Shown here piece by piece: positions 58,735-64,000 of a DNA stretch of 64,000 bases. Below the pieces are notes generated by a model, which saw nothing but the letters and a program-made list of their open reading frames with translations, was not told where the DNA came from and made no database searches. This DNA is from Candidatus Nomurabacteria bacterium (lineage in GTDB: Bacteria; Patescibacteriota; Minisyncoccia; Phycocordibacterales; UBA9973). How positions within the stretch are numbered: position 1 is the first letter of the stretch; every line of letters begins with the position of its first letter. Location: positions 25,811-89,810 of the forward strand of contig JACKGL010000004.1 of assembly GCA_020631955.1 (NCBI GenBank), read 5' to 3'. The position numbers and the translations under genes are program-made.

Positions 58735-58770
58735 TTGTGCTAAAAACTACCTACCCAAGGCAGGTCAACC

Positions 58771-59019
58771 TTAAGTTGAGCTTAGCACAAACTTAATTAT
58801 TGCAAAAACAGCAATACCTCCCCAGAAAATCTCTAAGATAAGATTACTATAGTTCTTGTCTGCATATACCCTAGCTCCTAGAGCTATAGCTGCAAGAAGG
58901 TTTAGAACTGGGTACAAAATACTTTGACTATGCAAAAAACCAAAAGAGTTTAGAGCATAAGTCCCTATGAGAAGTATAGTACCAAACCAACCTATCATTT
59001 TTATAGATACTTTATGCAT
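58771..59019 (-). CDS. small membrane protein
   Basis: Two or three hydrophobic helices; start chosen at internal Met to limit overlap with rnc. Confidence 0.35.
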   Translation of the reverse strand: MHKVSIKMIGWFGTILLIGTYALNSFGFLHSQSILYPVLNLLAAIALGARVYADKNYSNLILEIFWGGIAVFAIIKFVLSST

Positions 59020-59020
59020 A

Positions 59021-59725
59021 TTATATCCAACCTTCTTTTTCAAGAGCCGCTCTAGCTGCTGCTTGTTCAGCTTCTTGCTTACTTTTACCATCACCAGAAG
59101 CAGACATCTTCTCTCCAAAGAAGATACCTATGGTAAATTTCTTATCATGATCTGGACCAGTTTCTTTCAAAACTTTATACATAGGTGTTAAAGAAAGATG
59201 TTCTTGTGACATTTCTTGCACCAAACTTTTAGAATCTCTCCAAAGCTTCTTTTTTTCTATTTCATCTATCAGATGAAGTATAGTGCTAGCGACAAATTTT
59301 TGTGCCACATCATATCCTTGATCTAGATATATAGCTCCGAGTAGTGCTTCATAAGTATTTGCTAGTATGTATTGTCTAGCCTTACCTGTATCTTTTGCTT
59401 CACCTTTAGAAAGTAAAAGATGTTCGTTTACTCCCATCAGTGATGACGCGTCTGCCAAAGTCTGAGAGTTTACCAACGCAGCACGAAAAGCAGTCAGCTT
59501 CCCTTCTGCTTCGTCTGGATATTTATCAAACAAAAATCTAGTAGTGATGAGTTCCAACACAGCGTCTCCTAAGAACTCCAACCTTTCGTTGTGGTTGAGT
59601 CCTAGTGACTGATTTTCGTTCAAATAAGACCTGTGAGTAAAAGCCTCAACAAGTAGATCTTTATTCTTAAAGGTTATGTTGATATTTTTTTCGATACCTA
59701 TAACCTTGTCCAATTCTTGACTCAT
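59021..59725 (-). CDS. rnc: ribonuclease III
   Basis: ERLEFLGDAVLEL RNase III signature plus C-terminal dsRBD. Confidence 0.85.
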   Translation of the reverse strand: MSQELDKVIGIEKNINITFKNKDLLVEAFTHRSYLNENQSLGLNHNERLEFLGDAVLELITTRFLFDKYPDEAEGKLTAFRAALVNSQTLADASSLMGVNEHLLLSKGEAKDTGKARQYILANTYEALLGAIYLDQGYDVAQKFVASTILHLIDEIEKKKLWRDSKSLVQEMSQEHLSLTPMYKVLKETGPDHDKKFTIGIFFGEKMSASGDGKSKQEAEQAAARAALEKEGWI

Positions 59726-59735
59726 ATATTTTGTA

Positions 59736-60635
59736 TTACTGACTTATAATCTCGATAGATTGAGCTATATACTTTGTCACGTCGTCGTACATTTTTAGAT
59801 CGACAACTTCTTCTATAGGAAACCACTTCGCATCATCCAAACCTCCAGATTCGGAATGAAGAGTGACTTTGGTAAATGATGATTTTGCTAAAAATATTAT
59901 TAGCTGTTTTCTTATCTTACCTTTTTGTGGATGAGAAGCTATGTATTCACTTTCACCAAGCTTTTGTGTGATCTCTATATCCAGATCTGTCTCCTTTTTC
60001 AGTTCTCTTATTGCAGCTTCTTCTGGAGTTTCTCCTTCTTTCACACCACCTTTAGACAAAGTCCAGTATCCGAAAACGTCGTGCACCATAGCTATGTATA
60101 TCTTTCCATTGTGGAAAGTATATACCACAGCACCAGCTTTCACTTCTATCGGAAGTTTGTCTGGGTCAACATCTTCGTGTTTCATCTGTCTTTTAGACTT
60201 TTGTTCTTTGCCTGGTTCTCCTATTTCTTTGTAAACAGCTCCGAGTACACCGTTAATAAACCTAGAAGAACTTTCTCCTCCGTAGGTTTTTCCAAGTTCG
60301 ATAGACTCATTTAGTGCCACCTTAGGTGGTACTTCTTTATAATCACCAAATAAAAGCTCAGCCAAGCCTAATCTCAAGATATTTCTATCTACAGAATTTA
60401 TTTTCTCAAGTGGCCACTCTGGAGCAGCTTTGGTAATGACCTCATCGATAATCTTTCTTTTCTTAGTAACCATATCTAAAAGATAATTGATGAAATCACC
60501 ATCGTCTTGTCCTGGTGCAAACTCTTCGGCTATACGAGTAGAGATATCATTTATCTCTTTATCTGGGTATTCTCTAAAATCCCATTCAAAGAGGGTTTGC
60601 AAAGCTATTGATCTGGAAAGGTGCCTATTCGCCAT
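59736..60635 (-). CDS. nusB: NusB antitermination factor fused to C-terminal NUDIX hydrolase domain
   Basis: N-terminal MANRHLSRSIALQTLFEWDF NusB fold; C-terminal GGVKEGETPEEAAIRELKKETDLD Nudix box. Confidence 0.7.
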   Translation of the reverse strand: MANRHLSRSIALQTLFEWDFREYPDKEINDISTRIAEEFAPGQDDGDFINYLLDMVTKKRKIIDEVITKAAPEWPLEKINSVDRNILRLGLAELLFGDYKEVPPKVALNESIELGKTYGGESSSRFINGVLGAVYKEIGEPGKEQKSKRQMKHEDVDPDKLPIEVKAGAVVYTFHNGKIYIAMVHDVFGYWTLSKGGVKEGETPEEAAIRELKKETDLDIEITQKLGESEYIASHPQKGKIRKQLIIFLAKSSFTKVTLHSESGGLDDAKWFPIEEVVDLKMYDDVTKYIAQSIEIISQ

Positions 60636-60713
60636 ATTATAAAATGAATTTTGTACTATTTATTTTATAAAATAATCCAAGAAAAAACAAATAATCCTAT
60701 CTATAATGATGGA

Positions 60714-60920
60714 TTATTTGCTCTTTTTGGTTTTCTTTGTTGCTTTTTTCACAACGTTTATCACACTCTTTCCCTTATATCTACCATCAGTAAGTGATAC
60801 TCTGTGACGAAGGTGTGGTACACCTGTGTCTTTATCATTTATGATAGCTTGTGATTTAAGAGCATGATGAGAGCGTCTGTTTGCAGTATGCGCTCTTGTA
60901 TGTCTCATTCGTACAACCAT
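60714..60920 (-). CDS. rpmF: 50S ribosomal protein L32
   Basis: RMRHTRAHTANRRSHHALK...HLRHRVS; start at internal Met. Confidence 0.75.
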   Translation of the reverse strand: MVVRMRHTRAHTANRRSHHALKSQAIINDKDTGVPHLRHRVSLTDGRYKGKSVINVVKKATKKTKKSK

Positions 60921-60963
60921 GCGCGATATAATACTACAAAAGCCCCTATTTTGCAAGGTCAGA

Positions 60964-61593
60964 CTAATACCCCACCTTGGTCAAAAAACTCTTTCTGTGT
61001 AAGGGGCTGATACCGTATTTTTTGATCATTTTATAATGATCTTTAGTGCCATAACCTTTATGGTCTATGAAGGAATACTCTGGATAATACTTGTCTTTTC
61101 TCTCCATATATCTGTCTCTTTCTACTTTCGCCACTATAGAAGCTAGAGCAATGCATTTGATCTTTTCATCACCTTTTATGATAGTTTCTTGGTGTTTGTA
61201 TTCTTCTGGGGCTTTCAGTCCCCCATCTAGGAGCACCATGTATTCTATCTCACATACACCATACTTCTCACACATTTTCTTTTCTATTTTATATAATGAC
61301 TTAGTAAGACATTTTTTTATACTAGGACTTATACCTTTTTCATCTATTTCTTTGGATCCAGCCATGGTTACAGCAAAATGACAGAGTCCTTTCCTCTGCC
61401 ATTTTTTTATTTGTGTATACCATAGTTCTCTTTTTTGTTGTGACAGTTTCTTGCTGTCTCGGAGAGGTACATGAAATGCATCTATTTCTTGTATCAGTTC
61501 TGGCTTAAACAAAAAAGCGGCCACAGAAACTGGTCCTGCTATAGGACCTCTGCCAGCCTCATCTATACCAATACAAAGTGGAACATGTTGCAT
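60964..61593 (-). CDS. rnhB: ribonuclease HII
   Basis: GIDEAGRGPIAGPVSVAAF. Confidence 0.85.
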   Translation of the reverse strand: MQHVPLCIGIDEAGRGPIAGPVSVAAFLFKPELIQEIDAFHVPLRDSKKLSQQKRELWYTQIKKWQRKGLCHFAVTMAGSKEIDEKGISPSIKKCLTKSLYKIEKKMCEKYGVCEIEYMVLLDGGLKAPEEYKHQETIIKGDEKIKCIALASIVAKVERDRYMERKDKYYPEYSFIDHKGYGTKDHYKMIKKYGISPLHRKSFLTKVGY

Positions 61594-61649
61594 CGTCTAT
61601 ATATATTTTACCAAAATTTTTATCAAAGGAGCAAGAAAAAGTGTGAATA

Positions 61650-61690
61650 AAAAAACCCACGCAGTGGCGGTAGCGTGGGTTTCATGGGTT
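61650..61690 (-). terminator. minus-strand rho-independent terminator with no annotated upstream CDS
   Basis: Reverse complement reads acccacgctaccgccactgcgtgggt followed by ttttttt. Confidence 0.45.
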
Positions 61691-61711
61691 TGCCTACAAC
61701 CTGTTGTTTAG

Positions 61712-61848
61712 GTTGTGGGGCTCGGGGGTTCATTAAGTGCAACGTCTATGGCGGGCGAGAAAATCACCATGACTTTTGTCACACATCATGCATTGATTAT
61801 CTGTACAAGCGGAAGCAGGTCAATGCACTTTGTATGAACCCCTTTAAA
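61712..61848 (-). ncRNA. candidate structured small RNA (unclassified) ending at the 61650..61690 terminator
   Basis: Long-range pairing gggggttcat/atgaaccccc and aagtgca/tgcactt enclosing ~120 nt; GC-richer than flanks; no ORF. Confidence 0.25.
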
Positions 61849-62094
61849 AACATAAGGAAATCAAAGAACGAAAAAAAGATAAAAGGTTTCTACCTTAAGG
61901 GACAATAAATAAATCACTTAACTCCTAAAAAGGATACGGGACTATGCCCCCAGATTTTGTGATTTACCCTTGCGTAACTTAAGGGCTACCAGGCAATATT
62001 GGTGCCAAACCAAGAATCTTATAAAGGAGAATAAACCAGATTGGCTTTTTTGTAAAGAAGACGAATTTGAGGCAAATTGCTATAATGCACTCAC

Positions 62095-64000
62095 ATGGAA
62101 GCAAACAAGTCCAATTTTATACATCTACATACTCATAGTCACTATTCCCTACTAGATGGTATGAGCAAGATCCCAGACTTGGTAAAAAAAGCCAAAGAGT
62201 ACGGTATGCCAGCTCTTGCTCTGACCGATCACGGCAACATGTATGGTGCTATAGAATTTTACAAAGAGTGCAAAAAGCAAGACATCAAACCCATCATAGG
62301 AGTAGAGATGTATGTAGCCACCAGATCTCACACAGACAAAAACCCAGAATACGACAAAAGACGTTATCACCTGACTCTCCTAGCTAAGAATCAAAAAGGT
62401 TATAAAAACCTCATGCATCTAGTAACCATAGCCAACACTGAAGGTTTCTATTACAAACCGCGAGTAGACAAAGAGCTGCTAGAAAAATACAACGAAGGCA
62501 TAATATGTCTTTCTGGTTGCCCTGGTAGTGAGTTCATACAAAAACTAAAAAACAAAAAAGAAAAAGAAGCTAAGGAGCTTATTGAGTTTTATATAAAGAT
62601 ATACGGAAAGGAAAATGTTTTTATAGAGATCATGAGACATAATGAAGTGGATTGGTATGACTCACTTGTCACAAAAATAAAGTCTATAGCACAAGAGTAT
62701 GACTTGCCTTTGGTAGCTACTTGGGACTCTCATTATCTCTCACAAGATGACAAAGAAGCTCACGAAGCACTGCTTGCAGTAAACACCGGTAGTGAAGTAT
62801 CACAAAGTGCTTTTAGTATGAAAGATGGCGACTATTCTTTCATCGACGAGGAGGAAGCTAATAAAATATTTAACGAGGAACCAGAAGCTATAACAAACAC
62901 TCTAAAGGTAGCAGAACTTGTGGACCTAGAAATAGAACTGGGCAACCTATACTTCCCTGACTTCAAAATAGAAAGTGGTAAAGACGCAGATGAAGAACTG
63001 AGGGATTTAGCTATGGCTGGATTTGAGAGAAGAGGTATAAACCCAGACAAAACATACCTAGATAGACTAGAATATGAACTAGGTATCATAAAAATGAAAG
63101 GATATCCTTCTTACTTCTTGGTAGTAGCAGACCTGATAGCCTTTGCCACTAAGAACGGTATCCTTACCAACATTAGAGGTTCTGTGGCTGGATCACTTAC
63201 TACTTACCTACTAGGTATCACACTCGTTGATCCTATAGAATACCAGATACCTTTTGAAAGATTCCTAAACCCTGAAAGACCTTCTGCTCCCGATATCGAC
63301 ATGGACTTCGCCGATAACAGAAGAGATGAAGTATTAGAGTATGCAAAAGAAAAATACGGTGAAGACCGTGTAGTGCAGATAGGTACCTTCGGTACCATGA
63401 TGGCTAGAGGTGCTGTCAGAGATATAGCCCGAGCTCTCGGATACTCTTATACTATAGGAGACAGGATAGCTAAAATGATACCTATGGGTAGCCAGGGTTT
63501 TCCTATGACTATAGAAAAAGCACTTGAGCTAGAACCAGAACTAGATGAGTCATACAAAACAGAAAGAGACACTAGAATAATAATAGACACAGCTCTAAGG
63601 ATAGAAGGATGCGCCAGACACATCAGCGTACATGCGGCAGGGGTGGTGATATCACCAAAACCTCTTTACGAATTCACCCCAGTCCAACTCGACCCTAAAG
63701 GAGGAAAACTCATCACTCAATACGATATGTATTCTATAGAAGATGCTGGCCTACCAAAGTTCGACTTTTTGGGTATCAGAAACTTGGCCATACTCGCCGA
63801 CGCCATCAAGCTAGTAGAAAAGATCCACGGAGTAAAAGTCGATATTCAAAAAATACCAAGAGATGACAAAAAAACATTTGAGCTTTTGGCGAGAGGAGAA
63901 ACGGAAGGACTTTTCCAACTCAACGGATCTGGTATGACAAAATGGCTAAAAGAACTAGAGCCTACTACTATATACGACATCAACGCGATGGTAGCTTTGT
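62095..64000 (+). CDS. dnaE: DNA polymerase III alpha subunit (5' partial, continues beyond window)
   Basis: MEANKSNFIHLHTHSHYSLLDGMSKIPDLVKKAKEYGMPALALTDHGNMYG PHP domain; open frame to the window end (absent from the ORF track because there is no stop). Confidence 0.85.
   Translation, partial: MEANKSNFIHLHTHSHYSLLDGMSKIPDLVKKAKEYGMPALALTDHGNMYGAIEFYKECKKQDIKPIIGVEMYVATRSHTDKNPEYDKRRYHLTLLAKNQKGYKNLMHLVTIANTEGFYYKPRVDKELLEKYNEGIICLSGCPGSEFIQKLKNKKEKEAKELIEFYIKIYGKENVFIEIMRHNEVDWYDSLVTKIKSIAQEYDLPLVATWDSHYLSQDDKEAHEALLAVNTGSEVSQSAFSMKDGDYSFIDEEEANKIFNEEPEAITNTLKVAELVDLEIELGNLYFPDFKIESGKDADEELRDLAMAGFERRGINPDKTYLDRLEYELGIIKMKGYPSYFLVVADLIAFATKNGILTNIRGSVAGSLTTYLLGITLVDPIEYQIPFERFLNPERPSAPDIDMDFADNRRDEVLEYAKEKYGEDRVVQIGTFGTMMARGAVRDIARALGYSYTIGDRIAKMIPMGSQGFPMTIEKALELEPELDESYKTERDTRIIIDTALRIEGCARHISVHAAGVVISPKPLYEFTPVQLDPKGGKLITQYDMYSIEDAGLPKFDFLGIRNLAILADAIKLVEKIHGVKVDIQKIPRDDKKTFELLARGETEGLFQLNGSGMTKWLKELEPTTIYDINAMVAL

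Noticed and set aside
62095-64000. Absence of any ORF-track entry here
   Set aside because: This is not non-coding. dnaE simply has no stop before the window edge. The minus-strand ORF 62152..62370 inside it is spurious.

Overview
The window is AT-rich with compact, mostly minus-strand genes, a split S10/spc-type ribosomal cluster, and several ribosomal proteins carrying terminal extensions. I infer a small-genome, possibly Patescibacteria/CPR-like bacterium from this; the inference rests only on gene content and composition.

Core content:
- proS (archaeal-type), rpsB-tsf, tRNA-Thr, dnaG-rpoD (rpoD has a lysine-rich repeat N-terminus), rpoC, rpoB, truB, trmD, khpA, rpsP and rnr.
- pyrH-adk, cmk, and secY-rplO-rpsE-rplR-rplF-rpsH-rpsN(Z)-[DksA-like insert]-rplE-rplX-rplN-rpsQ-rpmC-rplP-rpsC-rplV-rpsS.
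- A UvrD-like helicase-nuclease, tag, NUDIX proteins, msrB, a DoxX protein with a Cys-rich tail, rnc, a NusB-NUDIX fusion, rpmF, rnhB and the 5' end of dnaE.

Two accessory regions stand out.

(1) 52.4-58.7 kb, next to tRNA-Ser(GGA), is a cassette-like array punctuated by ~100-bp direct repeats. It ends in a composite element with these parts:
- a 4-gene minus-strand operon: XRE HTH regulator, a 320-aa protein with a C-terminal 2TM domain, a ThsB-like TIR-domain protein and a small 3-TM protein;
- ~191-bp GC-rich inverted repeats, apparently identical, enclosing that operon;
- a second ~120-bp inverted-repeat pair enclosing a frameshifted large serine recombinase gene;
- the element's right end abuts the 3' end of tRNA-Ser.
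This is my best candidate for a mobile or invertible, previously undescribed TIR-based defence or conflict module.

(2) 17.6-20.6 kb, upstream of rpoB, holds three small accessory genes: a minimal nucleotidyltransferase, a GHKL/HATPase-like protein and a YjjX-like ITPase. They are separated by unusually long GC-richer non-coding spacers that carry a dispersed ~50-85-bp repeat family, a long nested palindrome and a 35-codon integrase N-terminal remnant.

Other oddities:
- A 19-bp duplication of the tRNA-Thr 3' end flanks a 166-bp structured segment.
- A GC-rich DksA-like gene with a degenerate zinc finger is inserted between rplE and rpsN behind its own terminator.
- A candidate terminator-bearing structured ncRNA lies on the minus strand upstream of dnaE.
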